The translations under genes and the position numbers were made by a program. Positions 28,101-37,676 of a DNA stretch of 64,000 nucleotides are shown here, piece after piece. The stretch is from Verrucomicrobiota bacterium (GTDB lineage: Bacteria; Verrucomicrobiota; Verrucomicrobiia; Limisphaerales; SXQI01): contig JANRLX010000107.1 in NCBI GenBank assembly GCA_033762115.1, positions 10,662 to 74,661 of the forward strand. The letters run 5' to 3'. The first letter of the stretch is position 1. Each line of letters opens with the position of its first letter. A model generated the notes under the pieces. The model was not told where the DNA came from. It did no database searches and saw nothing but the letters and a program-made list of their open reading frames with translations.

Positions 28101-28449
28101 CCACAAAATGAATGGCGAAGGCGGAGACCTTGGTCCCGACCTCACAGGGCTTGGGAAAAAGCAGGGCAGGGAGCACCTGCTCGAATCGATTCTCTTTCCA
28201 AATGCAAAAATGGCTCCCGGTTTTGAAAATCTCCTCATCACCCTTAATGATGGCGCGAGCCACGCAGGCATCCTGAAAAGTGAAACCGACTCCGAACTGC
28301 TCCTGAACTCTCCGGAGGATGGCTTGGTCACGATCCAGAAAAGCCAGATAAAATCTCGTCAACCCGGCCTTTCTGCCATGCCAGCCGAGATGGGAACTGC
28401 TCTCTCAAGGCGGGAACTGCGGAACCTGGTGGAGTATCTGGCACAGTGA
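25132..28449 (+). CDS. PVC-type membrane-bound dehydrogenase-like protein (beta-propeller, HEAT repeats, CxxCH cytochrome c)
   Basis: Signal peptide; GHDLHGLRFGPDG, GLRNPQELAFDD; HEAT-like repeats; ACLRCH and GPDLTGLG; SAMPA. Confidence 0.88.
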   Translation: MSLPIFFLLLCLTCSLDLWADPAADARKAAEAAAKEKALEPDTRIKQIRLAPGLKIDHYATEPLLLNPVAFSFDEAGRLYVVETHRRRTSVYDIRNHRDWLDADFSFRTVLDRSNFLNQALAPGKTNLARFQADHNGDGTIDILDLQVESEAIRLLIDTNRDGRADSSTIFATNFNTSVSGVAAGVLARKSDLWFACIPDLWLLRDTNFDGRVDVRTNLLSGFGVHISFGGHDLHGLRFGPDGKIYFSIADRGLHVEQGGRTVSYPDSGAVMRCNRDGTEFELYATGLRNPQELAFDDYGNLFTGDNNGDGGDAARWVYLVEGGESGWHIGWQHLPKMGPWNSEKLWHLAPTNTAAYILPPVAHIGHGPAGIVYHPGTGLNGMLHGKFFMCDFPGGVRSIGLKPRGAGFELAELRELLWNIYPVDVDFGPDGALYILDWVDGWEKPGKGRVYRITPDNGLVDPVTESTRTILATGVANRPLNEFAKLLGHPDQRVRQEAQFTFAEIGLLSTNLLLDIVRSGQNEMARIHAIWAMGQMARTNPLVAPFLLPFVADPNPEIRAQIFKVLGDVRANAVFDAAVAALVDQAPRVRFFALMALGKLGNPAALDGILRAIEENADRDPYLRHAAVMALVGLNDPSLVEQISRDESRSVRLAALLAMRKLARPEIVSFLHDEDGGIVLEAARAIHDLPITQGISQLAALITRTNLSEPVIKRAINANFRLGKLEHALALSDYAINPLNPESLRIEAIQRLGQWVKPPGRDPVIGLWRPLPEREARTPRLALSEIDTLLAGPPGIQLAAIESVVTLGLDHLSGFIYSLLTNDQNQVNVRVAALKALLAWKSPQLSRAMQAAAESSHPELRKEAALFNSQSKPANAALELMNALEKGTLSEKQAAIVALGEMKGVATDPILLMLLDRLLNEKLDKGLELELLEAAAKRNDPAIIKQLARFEKSRGDQPLAQYRESLFGGNAEEGKKIFVERTDLACLRCHKMNGEGGDLGPDLTGLGKKQGREHLLESILFPNAKMAPGFENLLITLNDGASHAGILKSETDSELLLNSPEDGLVTIQKSQIKSRQPGLSAMPAEMGTALSRRELRNLVEYLAQ

Positions 28450-28510
28450 CGTGCGTTTCATTTTCATCTAATTGGTTGCTTCAATACAGCCGCTTTTTTA
28501 TCCTTCACTG

Positions 28511-29503
28511 ATGAACCCGTTCCCTCGCATCCTGCTTTTCGCGTTCTGCTGCATTGTCTTTTCTTTTTCCCCATCGCTCCAGGCCCGTGCCTATAAAATC
28601 GCTGTCATCCCCAAAGGCACCTCTCATGAATTCTGGAAATCGATTCACGCAGGTGCCATCAAAGCCAAACAGGAGTTGGAAGCCAGCGGCGACAAGGTCA
28701 CCATCGTCTGGAAAGGCCCGCTTCGTGAAGATGACCGCGATTTGCAAATCCAGGTCGTTGAAAACTTCATCGCCCAACGAGTGGACGGGATCGTCCTCGC
28801 ACCCCTCGATTCCCAGGCGCTGGTCGGTCCGGTTGAAACCGCGATGCAAACCCGCATCCCCGTGGTCATTATCGATAGCGCCCTCAAAACAGACCGCATC
28901 ACCAGCTACGTCTCCACTGACAATTACAAGGGAGGACAGCTCGGTGCCCGCCACCTGGCGAATTTGTTGAACGGCTCCGGAAAAGTCATCCTGCTTCGTT
29001 ACCAGGTCGGTTCCGCCAGCACTGAGGAACGGGAAGCGGGCTTCCTGGACACGATGAAAAAGGAATTTCCAAAAATCGAACTGATCTCCTCCGATCAATA
29101 CGCAGGCGCCACTCGTGATTCCGCTTACCAGGCCGCTCAAAACCTTTTGAACCGTCACGGCAGGGAGGTTCAGGGCGTCTTCTGCCCCTGTGAGCCGATC
29201 ACCATCGGCATGACCATGGCCTTGCGCGACATCAACCGCGCTCGCGGCATCGTGAAAATTGTGGGCTTCGATGCGGGAGCACAATCAGTGGACGCCCTCA
29301 AAAAAGGAGATGTACAAGGCCTGGTTGTCCAAAACCCTGTAAAAATGGGTTACCTCGGAGTTAAAGCCATTGTCGCCCATCTCAACAAAGCCTCAGTCGA
29401 GAAAAAAGTGGACACAGGAGTGGTAGTCATCACCCCGGATAACATGAAGGAACCTGCCATGCAGGAACTCCTTTATCCACCTCTCGACAAATACCTCAAA
29501 TAA
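28511..29503 (+). CDS. sugar ABC transporter substrate-binding protein (RbsB-like)
   Basis: IAVIPKGTSHEFWKSIHAGA, STDNYKGG, VGFD, VQNPVKMGY. Confidence 0.9.
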   Translation: MNPFPRILLFAFCCIVFSFSPSLQARAYKIAVIPKGTSHEFWKSIHAGAIKAKQELEASGDKVTIVWKGPLREDDRDLQIQVVENFIAQRVDGIVLAPLDSQALVGPVETAMQTRIPVVIIDSALKTDRITSYVSTDNYKGGQLGARHLANLLNGSGKVILLRYQVGSASTEEREAGFLDTMKKEFPKIELISSDQYAGATRDSAYQAAQNLLNRHGREVQGVFCPCEPITIGMTMALRDINRARGIVKIVGFDAGAQSVDALKKGDVQGLVVQNPVKMGYLGVKAIVAHLNKASVEKKVDTGVVVITPDNMKEPAMQELLYPPLDKYLK

Positions 29504-29507
29504 CAGA

Positions 29508-31007
29508 ATGCCTGTCGCGCGGCTTCGCCTTCACGCTGTCACCAAACGCTTTGGCGCCACCCATGCCTTGCGCGGAGTTTCTCTGACACTTGCTCCGGGC
29601 GAAGTGCACGCCATCATCGGCGAAAATGGCGCAGGGAAATCGACCCTCATGAAAATCCTGAGCGGGGCGCATCAACCCGATTACGGGCAGATGTTCCTGA
29701 ACGAGGTTCCGTTTGCTCCCCGAAATCCAATTGAGGGCAGGCGGGCAGGGGTGGTCATGATCTACCAGGAACTCAATCTGGTTCCTCACCTGACCGTTGC
29801 TGACAATATCCTGCTTGGCTCCGAGCCTTCCCGCTTCGGGTTTCTCGATAAAAAGCAGCAGCACACCATCGCCAGGCAGGCGCTGGCGGAACTCGGCCAT
29901 GAAAATATCCCATTGGATGCTCCTGTCTCCTCCTGCTCAATCGCCGGGCAGCAAATGATCGAGATCGCCCGTGCCCTTGTTCATCATCCCCAGGTCTTGA
30001 TCATGGATGAACCGACCAGCAGTCTGACACAGGCTGATGTTGAAAAATTGTTCATCGCCATTGACCGCCTGAAAGCCAAAGGGGTTGGCATCCTTTACAT
30101 CAGCCACTTTTTGGAGGAATGCCAGCGAATCGCCTCGCATTACACTGTGCTTCGTGACGGTGAAAGTGTGGCCACAGGAAAAATGAGCGAGGTGACCCTC
30201 CCCGAAATCCTCCATGCAATGGTCGGCCGGGAGTTGAACGAAATTTACCCGCGCATTCCTCATGCCCTCGGTGAAACGATCCTTGAAATCTCGAACCTCA
30301 CAGGAATCACAAAACCTGTCGACGTGAGTTTCCGCCTCAGGAAAGGGGAAATCATGGGAATTGCCGGGCTGATTGGCGCCGGTCGCACCGAAACCTTGCG
30401 GGCAATTTTTGGGCTGGATCGTTGTTCCGGGGTCATCGAGGTCAAGAATCATCATCGCGGCCGCACTCCCAGGGCCCGCCTCAAGCAGGGGATCGGATTT
30501 CTCAGCGAAAACCGCAAGGAGGAAGGTCTGATGCTCCAGCAAACCATTGCCGACAACCTGACCCTTTCACGGCTCGCCCCATTTTCATCCTTCGGCCTCC
30601 TGCGGGCCGGTCAGCAACATGCGCGTGCATCCGAAATGATTTCCAGGTTCTCCATCAAAGCCCGCGATTCCCGTCAGGAGGTCGGCGCATTATCCGGAGG
30701 GAACCAGCAAAAAGTCGCCTTTGCCCGTTTGCTCCACCACAGTGCCGACATCTTCCTGCTCGATGAACCCACCAGAGGGATCGATGTGGGCAGCAAAGCC
30801 GAAATTTATTCATTGATGGGGGAACTTGCCGCTGCCGGAAAATCCATCCTCTTCTCCAGTTCATACATCCCTGAACTGCTCGGCGTGTGTGACACCATTG
30901 CCGTCATTTGCCGCGGCAGGTTGGGTCCCGCTAAACCCGTCTCTGACTGGACCGAGCATTCCATCATCGCTGCTGCTGTGGGACAGGAGGATCGCTGCCT
31001 TTCATGA
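29508..31007 (+). CDS. sugar ABC transporter ATP-binding protein (RbsA-like, two ABC domains)
   Basis: GENGAGKST, MDEPTSSL, LSGGNQQKV, LDEPTRGIDVG. Confidence 0.93.
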   Translation: MPVARLRLHAVTKRFGATHALRGVSLTLAPGEVHAIIGENGAGKSTLMKILSGAHQPDYGQMFLNEVPFAPRNPIEGRRAGVVMIYQELNLVPHLTVADNILLGSEPSRFGFLDKKQQHTIARQALAELGHENIPLDAPVSSCSIAGQQMIEIARALVHHPQVLIMDEPTSSLTQADVEKLFIAIDRLKAKGVGILYISHFLEECQRIASHYTVLRDGESVATGKMSEVTLPEILHAMVGRELNEIYPRIPHALGETILEISNLTGITKPVDVSFRLRKGEIMGIAGLIGAGRTETLRAIFGLDRCSGVIEVKNHHRGRTPRARLKQGIGFLSENRKEEGLMLQQTIADNLTLSRLAPFSSFGLLRAGQQHARASEMISRFSIKARDSRQEVGALSGGNQQKVAFARLLHHSADIFLLDEPTRGIDVGSKAEIYSLMGELAAAGKSILFSSSYIPELLGVCDTIAVICRGRLGPAKPVSDWTEHSIIAAAVGQEDRCLS

Positions 31008-31999
31008 AATCTGACACCTCCTTTATTTCCTCCCTTTCCCGGGCCTTCCATCGCCTTGGCCCCTTCATCATCCTGCTGTTCGTCATCAGTTTCTTTGCCT
31101 TCACCATGGAAAGCGATGTCCGCAACGGCTTCTTTTCAATCCATAACGGCAAACTGATGCTGACTCAAACAGTGATCGTCGCCATCGGAGCGCTCGGCAT
31201 GACCATGATCATCATCAGCGGTGGTATTGACCTTAGCGTCGGCAGCGTCATTGCCTTGACCAGCGTGACCGGTGCCTACCTCGTGCGGGAAGGCCACTCC
31301 CTCGCGGTCGGTTTTTTCATCCCCATTCTTTTGGGAGGCATCATCGGTCTCTTGAACGGCAGCATTATCGCCCTCTTTAAAATGACACCGTTCATTGTCA
31401 CCCTTGGCATGCTCGGTGTCGCCCGTGGCCTTGCCAAATGGCGCGCCGATAATCAAACCGTCAACCTCCCCCAGGAACAACTCGGCCCCGTCGGCACGCT
31501 CATGTCAGACCCTGATCCGGACGGCTTGTTCCTCTCGCCCGGAATCGTCATCGCAATCGAACTCGCCATCCTCACTGCAATCCTTCTTCGCCGCACCGTT
31601 TTTGGTAAACACATTTTCGCCATCGGTTCCAATGAAGCCACCGCGCGCCTCTGCGGCATTCGCACCGTCGCCACCATAATCTGGATTTACGCACTCGCCG
31701 GGTTGTTTTTCGGACTCGCCGGCGTCATGCAATTTTCCCGCCTTCGTCAGGGAGACCCCAGCGCCGCCATTGGAATCGAACTCGACATCATCGCAGCCGT
31801 GGTCATTGGCGGGGCCAGCCTTAATGGCGGCGTCGGAAGCATCTTCGGCTCAATGATCGGGGCCCTGACCATGGCGGTGCTTCGCAGCGGGTCAACCCAG
31901 AGTGACTGGCCCAATTACATGCAGGAAATCATCATCGGCATCGTGATCATCCTTGCCGTGGGCCTCGATAAATGGCGCCAGGGCAGGCACGCCGCCTAG
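31004..31999 (+). CDS. sugar ABC transporter permease (RbsC-like)
   Basis: GGIDLSVGS, PFIVTLG, AIGSNEATARLCG, ELDIIAAVVIGG. Confidence 0.92.
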   Translation: MKSDTSFISSLSRAFHRLGPFIILLFVISFFAFTMESDVRNGFFSIHNGKLMLTQTVIVAIGALGMTMIIISGGIDLSVGSVIALTSVTGAYLVREGHSLAVGFFIPILLGGIIGLLNGSIIALFKMTPFIVTLGMLGVARGLAKWRADNQTVNLPQEQLGPVGTLMSDPDPDGLFLSPGIVIAIELAILTAILLRRTVFGKHIFAIGSNEATARLCGIRTVATIIWIYALAGLFFGLAGVMQFSRLRQGDPSAAIGIELDIIAAVVIGGASLNGGVGSIFGSMIGALTMAVLRSGSTQSDWPNYMQEIIIGIVIILAVGLDKWRQGRHAA

Positions 32000-33138
32000 C
32001 TTTCCTGTGGGCTCGTTGGAAAATCCACAATAAACCGCGTCCCTTTTCCAAGCTCACTTTCGCACCAGACTTTCGCCTTCACGGCCTCCACCATCTTCTT
32101 CACAATCGAAAGCCCAAGTCCTGTCGAGGCTTCCCCTCCCGTTGGTTTTGGTGTCAGCCGTGCAAATTTGCCAAACAGCTTCTTTTGGTCTGCCTCGCTT
32201 AATCCCGGCCCCTGGTCCTCCACGATCAACCGCAGCGAGTCTCCCGCCGGGAGAACCCGCACCAGGATCGTTTTCGCCTTCGGGGAATACTTGATTGCGT
32301 TGGAAAGCAGGTTGTCGATCACTTGCGTTGTCACTCGAAAGTCGGTGTAGGCAATTGCCGGGCGGACCGCGATCTCCAGTTTGATCATCTGCTGCTTCAC
32401 TTTCGCGTTCGCCTCATAATTCCGCGCCACCGACTCAATGATCGGTGCCACATCAAACGGCCCCAGTTCAATGTTCATCTGGCCCCGGTCGATCGTATTC
32501 ACATCCAGCAAATTCTCCACCAGCGCCATCATGTGGTGTGCCGCCTCCTTGATGATCTCCACGAATTCCAGCGTCTGCTCCCGTGGCATGTCCGGCTCCG
32601 TTTCGATCATCTCCGCCAGGCTCACGATATTGCTCAAGGGACTCCGAAGATCATGCGCGGCTATTCCCAGGAATTCATTTTTTTCGTAATTCAGTTCACG
32701 GAGCCGTTCCGCATATTTCCACACCATGTCCCGGGCCCGTTTCAATTCAAGGTGGGTCCGCACCCGCGCGAGCAGTTCCGCCGTGTTAAATGGTTTTGTA
32801 ATGTAATCAACCGCTCCCGAGCCGAACGCCTGCACCAGGTCCTCCAACTCATTGCTCGCAGTCAAAAAAATCACAGGAATTTTTTTCGTGGCCGCGCCCA
32901 TTTTCAGCTGCTGCAAAACCTCCAGCCCGTTCATTTCCGGCATCCGGTAATCCAGCAGGATCAGGTCCGGCAACTGCGCTCCCAGTCTCTCCAGGGCCTG
33001 GGCGCCGCTCAATGCCGGGATGATTTCATACCCCGCCTCCGCCAGCACCGAGCCCACCACCTGGATGTTCGTCTGGATATCGTCCACCACAAGGATGACC
33101 GGCTCTTTCGTTTCGGTTTCTATAAACTCAAAATTCAT
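31996..33138 (-). CDS. hybrid receiver-histidine kinase
   Basis: ILVVDD, LILLDYRMP, KPF; AAHDLRSPL, NLLSNAIKY, STGLGL. Confidence 0.92.
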   Translation of the reverse strand: MNFEFIETETKEPVILVVDDIQTNIQVVGSVLAEAGYEIIPALSGAQALERLGAQLPDLILLDYRMPEMNGLEVLQQLKMGAATKKIPVIFLTASNELEDLVQAFGSGAVDYITKPFNTAELLARVRTHLELKRARDMVWKYAERLRELNYEKNEFLGIAAHDLRSPLSNIVSLAEMIETEPDMPREQTLEFVEIIKEAAHHMMALVENLLDVNTIDRGQMNIELGPFDVAPIIESVARNYEANAKVKQQMIKLEIAVRPAIAYTDFRVTTQVIDNLLSNAIKYSPKAKTILVRVLPAGDSLRLIVEDQGPGLSEADQKKLFGKFARLTPKPTGGEASTGLGLSIVKKMVEAVKAKVWCESELGKGTRFIVDFPTSPQES

Positions 33139-35147
33139 GATCGGACCTTCTGTCGCTCCAATTCCTGCACCAAAAAGGGAAATTCTGAAAGTGTTTGTGG
33201 GATCTTCCGCAAGTCAAATGCCGTTGTCTGCTCCAGCAACCGCTTCCCGAATATTTTCAGGTCCTCCACCTGGAATTCCAGCCCATGCCGGATCATTCGT
33301 TCGGCAAACTGGGAAATCTTTCGGATCGCCAGCGTTTGCTGCAAGGTTGGCAATACATCCAGTTCCTCTGCTTTAAGCGCCACCAGCAGCTCAGGGATCC
33401 GTTCGCCCCGGCAACCCTCTCTAGGTGCATGTTCACTGACATGCGCGATCGAAGGTGTTCCACTCGTTTGTGACTGCGTTCGAGTCACCATCACATCCTT
33501 GAACTGAAACAGGAACGTTGTGCCTTTGCCCACACGGCTCCGCACAGTAATCGTTCCCTTCATCATTTCCGTCAATCGTTTCGTGATCGCCAGCCCTAGC
33601 CCAGTACCCCCATACTTCTTCGTGTCATGCCCCGCTGCCTGGGTAAAGGTCTCGAAAATCTTCTGCTGTTCGCTTTCAGGAATCCCAATCCCGCTGTCAC
33701 TGATCTCAATATACAGGATGATCGCCTGCGCATTCGCCTGTTCTGCCCACGAACGGATCACCACCCATCCTTTCGACGTGAATTTCAGGGCATTCCCAAC
33801 CGTGTTCAGCAGGATTTGTCGCAACCGCACTTCATCCAGCAATATTTCGTCCGGCAACCCAAGGTCCGCTTCGTAACGAAGCTCCACCTTTTTGCTGTCC
33901 GCCGCCGGTAAGAAAATTTGCTGGATCTCCTCGAACAATCTCCTTGGACACATCGGCTCATAGCGGATTTCCAGCTTGCCCGCCTCCACCTTCGAAAGAT
34001 CAAGGATGTCATTGATCAACGTCAGCAATGTCTTCCCGCTTGAACTGATCGCAGACAGGAAATTTTTGCTTTTTGGGTCCTGCGTTTGTCGGTTCAGCAC
34101 ATCCGCAAAACCCAAAATCGCATTCAACGGGGTCCTAATTTCGTGCGACATGTTCGCAAGGAACTGGCTTTTTGCCCGGCTCGCCCCAAGCGCTGCCTCC
34201 CGCGCCTTCACCAATTCCGCTTCAGCTTGTTTCCTGGCAGTAATATCTTTCCCGTAAAAATTGACATACCCTGCATCCTCCACAGGCACCACCAGGAACA
34301 CATAAGCCCGTCCATCGAATGCCGCTTCAAATTCATTCTTCTCCCGCGCCTGGAATGCCTGTTCGATCTTCACCAGCCATTCCCCACCCAGCATGTCTCC
34401 CACCGCAAACCCCATCGCCTTCAAAATCCCCAGCCCTGCCAGATTGCTGTAAAGCACCTTCCCGTTTTTCCCGGCTCGAATCATTGGCTCAGGGCTTTCC
34501 GCTGGCAACCGCGCAAGCACCTTGTTTTCCTGCAATGTCCGCTGCAGGTCGGAATTGGTCGCCAGGATCTTGTGTTCCAGTTCCGCCAGGTTTTTCGCTT
34601 CGCTCAAGGCGTAAGCTGCCGTGTTCAGCAAAATCGTCAGGAGACGCGTCCTGATTTCCGGGCTCGATGTCACCTCCGGGTCGATCAACCCGCAAAACAT
34701 CCCCACAATATGCGAGGCGTCCCCAAGCACATGAAACATCCCCTTCGTCCGATCACCCACCCGCGGGACAAACAAGGTCGGGCCCCGCTGCCGCAATGCC
34801 CACGCGAACTTTCCCGTTTTGATCTGTTGCTTCACCAGGTCCTTCATCCGCTCGCTCGCTTCCGGCGGATGCGCCAGTGCCACCTGGAATTCAAACGTGT
34901 TCGGATCAACCTGGTAAAAAATCGTTTCAATGAAAAAACCCAGGCCCTCGATATACGCCTGCGTTACCCGGAAAATCTCCTCCTGCGATTTCGCTTCCTT
35001 GATGTCCCTTTGAAAATGTTCCAGCGCGGTAAACAGGTTGACCAACTCCGACCCGCTCTCCTCGTCCAGCTTTGCCAGCTCCGCCGCAAAATATTCCGGG
35101 TAGATGGAGTTCCTCGTTGGCATAATCATCCTTGCGCTGTCGTACAC
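33135..35147 (-). CDS. sensor histidine kinase with GAF-like/PAS input
   Basis: FLANMSHEIRTPLN, NALKFT, DSGIGI, GGTGLGL; start may be ATG near 35123. Confidence 0.9.
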   Translation of the reverse strand: MYDSARMIMPTRNSIYPEYFAAELAKLDEESGSELVNLFTALEHFQRDIKEAKSQEEIFRVTQAYIEGLGFFIETIFYQVDPNTFEFQVALAHPPEASERMKDLVKQQIKTGKFAWALRQRGPTLFVPRVGDRTKGMFHVLGDASHIVGMFCGLIDPEVTSSPEIRTRLLTILLNTAAYALSEAKNLAELEHKILATNSDLQRTLQENKVLARLPAESPEPMIRAGKNGKVLYSNLAGLGILKAMGFAVGDMLGGEWLVKIEQAFQAREKNEFEAAFDGRAYVFLVVPVEDAGYVNFYGKDITARKQAEAELVKAREAALGASRAKSQFLANMSHEIRTPLNAILGFADVLNRQTQDPKSKNFLSAISSSGKTLLTLINDILDLSKVEAGKLEIRYEPMCPRRLFEEIQQIFLPAADSKKVELRYEADLGLPDEILLDEVRLRQILLNTVGNALKFTSKGWVVIRSWAEQANAQAIILYIEISDSGIGIPESEQQKIFETFTQAAGHDTKKYGGTGLGLAITKRLTEMMKGTITVRSRVGKGTTFLFQFKDVMVTRTQSQTSGTPSIAHVSEHAPREGCRGERIPELLVALKAEELDVLPTLQQTLAIRKISQFAERMIRHGLEFQVEDLKIFGKRLLEQTTAFDLRKIPQTLSEFPFLVQELERQKVRS

Positions 35148-35995
35148 TCCCTCGCCAGAAACGCCTGCTCCACCTCGATGATCTGCGCATCCACGGATTC
35201 CACCAGTGCATCAAGGCAATCTGTTTCCAATCCAATCCGCTCCCATGCCTGCCTTTGCGCTGGCGGCACATACCTTTCCCCGGAACTTCCCAACTGCATC
35301 CCGTTCACAAGATAATCCGCAATATGCACCAGCGATGCTTCCATCTGGTAAGCCCCGGCAGACATCGGCGTATGATGATGCCGCACCGCCGCCACCAGCT
35401 GCGCTGGGTAATCCCATTTCATCAACAACCCCTCTGCGATCTCGCAATGGTTGAATCCCAAAACTTCCTGCTCCGCTGTCCGTAACAACATCACCTTCGT
35501 TTGATACAACCCAAAAACCCGCCGCGCATCTTCAGGTGAGCGGGTGTACAACACCATCCGCCCCACATCATGAAGCAGCCCGGCCACAAAATAACGTTCC
35601 GGCTTGGCAAGGCGTCGCGCTGTCGCTAGCTGGCGTGCAATCAGGCCACATCCAAGGCTATGTTTCCAGAACGATTCCATGTCCACCAGGTCCGCCGACA
35701 CCCCCTCGAAAAGCTCAATCACCATCGACACCGAAATCAGGTCCTGCACCTGTTGAATGCCAATCAGGCTGATCGTGTCCGCCACCGTTTCAATCCGTTG
35801 CGGAAAACCGAAAAATGAACTGTTCCCCAATTTCAAAAGGCGCGCCGTCAGGTCAGGGTCCTTTTCAATGATTTCTCCCACCTGGTCCAGCGTGCTTTGC
35901 GGATCATCCAGGATCGCTTCGATCTCCTGGAGCACCCCGGCATAACTTCCAAGGCTTGGAATACCCCCGATCAACTCCTCGATACTCTTACCCAT
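35126..35995 (-). CDS. HDOD domain protein
   Basis: IEKDPDLTARLLKLGNS, FWKHSL, GLLHDVGR, GFNHCEI, VRHHH. Confidence 0.9.
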   Translation of the reverse strand: MGKSIEELIGGIPSLGSYAGVLQEIEAILDDPQSTLDQVGEIIEKDPDLTARLLKLGNSSFFGFPQRIETVADTISLIGIQQVQDLISVSMVIELFEGVSADLVDMESFWKHSLGCGLIARQLATARRLAKPERYFVAGLLHDVGRMVLYTRSPEDARRVFGLYQTKVMLLRTAEQEVLGFNHCEIAEGLLMKWDYPAQLVAAVRHHHTPMSAGAYQMEASLVHIADYLVNGMQLGSSGERYVPPAQRQAWERIGLETDCLDALVESVDAQIIEVEQAFLARECTTAQG

Positions 35996-36320
35996 AGATC
36001 AATCTCGCCTTTCGCCGGAGCATCAAATCGAAAACCACCACATGCAATTCGTTCCCCTCATCATGTTCCCAAAAAATTCGTCGCTGATCTTCTTCCAGCT
36101 TCTTCAGCGCCTCCGGTGCCAGCCTGGCCAATGGGTCCTGCGATTCCTCCTCCCCGGTGTCTTCCACCTGGATTTCCGGCACACCCCACATCTGCAACAG
36201 ATTGATGTGCCTTTCTGACAAGGTGCAACCCGCTGGAATCAAAAGCATATCGTCAATGTTTTTTACATCGACTTTAACAATCATTCCTTCCCGCACTGTA
36301 TCCAGCCTCCGTTTAGGCAT
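35988..36320 (-). CDS. hypothetical protein of the kind found upstream of HDOD genes
   Basis: EGMIVKVDV...LLIPAGCTLSERHINLLQMWGV; overlaps the HDOD start. Confidence 0.7.
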   Translation of the reverse strand: MPKRRLDTVREGMIVKVDVKNIDDMLLIPAGCTLSERHINLLQMWGVPEIQVEDTGEEESQDPLARLAPEALKKLEEDQRRIFWEHDEGNELHVVVFDLMLRRKARLIYG

Positions 36321-36560
36321 AGTTCAACGTCCATGTTTTGCCTGTGCAATTGCGCTCCACCTCGTCGATCAGGAACCAGCGTGGAAGCGGATCAGTCACC
36401 CATTAATGGGGCACGAACCCAATACAGACAATTTTGTATCGCCAAAATCTGGACACTACTTGAGTTCGTCTGTCCCGAAGCAATGCAGGACTGGAAATCA
36501 TCTTGTCAATGTCCGAACTGCCAGGGAAGTTTGCCATCTGTCACGGTCATAAAACGGCTT

Positions 36561-37577
36561 CTACTCTGCCTTTTCTCGCATGACCTCCTCCGCAGCTTTA
36601 TCCTCCCGCAACCCAATATAAACCGGGTGCCGCAAATGCCCATCCCGCGTCCATTCTGTAAAACGAACCTGGCACACAAGCTCCGGCCTCACCCAATGAC
36701 AACGTTTCATTTCTGCTCGCCCGATTCCCTGCCTGCCTGTCATATTTCGCTCAGGCAGGTTCGCAAAAGGACATTGATCAATCTTTAACGGCTGAAATTG
36801 CTCGTAAAGGCTTGCAAGTGATGTGCTGTCAAACCCTGTCCCCACCTTTGAAGCGCACAGGAATTTCCCCCCTTCATAATATCCCACCAGCAAGGCTCCA
36901 AAAAATTTTCGTGCCCCCTCCGGTTCCGTATATCCTCCAATCACGAATTCCTGTTCCACTGTCCATTTGAATTTGATCCAACTCCCGCTCCGTCGTCCCG
37001 CCTCATACACCGAGTTTCGTTGTTTCGCGATCAGTCCCTCCAGCCCAAGTCCCTGCATCTGTGCCTGCACCGCTCTCGCAGAACCCGTGATGAAATCGGA
37101 AAAAAACAACACGCGCGACTTTTTCGGTAGCAGCTCGCGCAACATCTCCTTTCGCCTTTCCAGCGGCAAACCCATCAACGACTTTCCATTCAATGCCAGC
37201 AAATCAAACCCATAATAAACCACAGCGGGAACCCTGCTCCCCCGCAATAATGGGCTCTGCAATAATTGAAAAGAAGATCGTCCCTTTTCATCCAGCGCCA
37301 CCACCTCTCCATCCAAAATCGCGCTCTCACACTTCAATCTCGAAATCTCCCCCGCAACGGCTTGAAACCTCTCGGATAAATCCTTGTTGTTCCGCGAGAG
37401 CAGGATGGTCCCTTCCTTTTTCTTCAATGCCAGCATTCGAATGCCATCGAACTTGATTTCATAAACCCATTCCTTTCCCGAGGGGAGCGTCGTTGCCAGC
37501 TTGGCCTTCATCGGTTCCAGGAATCGAATCTGCGCTGACGGTAAATCAATCGTGCCGCTACCCGGCGTCCGGTTCAT
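36561..37577 (-). CDS. ligD: ATP-dependent DNA ligase, LigD ligase domain (stand-alone)
   Basis: EIKFDG, LDGEVV, FDLL, EGLIAK, WIKFK, VGTGF, LRHPVYIGLREDK; start 37577 or 37622, not the ORF-track 38390. Confidence 0.88.
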   Translation of the reverse strand: MNRTPGSGTIDLPSAQIRFLEPMKAKLATTLPSGKEWVYEIKFDGIRMLALKKKEGTILLSRNNKDLSERFQAVAGEISRLKCESAILDGEVVALDEKGRSSFQLLQSPLLRGSRVPAVVYYGFDLLALNGKSLMGLPLERRKEMLRELLPKKSRVLFFSDFITGSARAVQAQMQGLGLEGLIAKQRNSVYEAGRRSGSWIKFKWTVEQEFVIGGYTEPEGARKFFGALLVGYYEGGKFLCASKVGTGFDSTSLASLYEQFQPLKIDQCPFANLPERNMTGRQGIGRAEMKRCHWVRPELVCQVRFTEWTRDGHLRHPVYIGLREDKAAEEVMREKAE

Positions 37578-37676
37578 TCTTGACCTTCGCACCTTTCTCC
37601 CGCCTGCTTTCTCCCCATTCATCACGCCCCCTTTTTGATCCTCCCTTTTCACATCGCACTCATCATCCTCTCCCCC

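Noticed and set aside
36321..36560. Possible c-di-GMP riboswitch upstream of the HDOD operon
   Set aside because: No GEMM-type consensus recognised.
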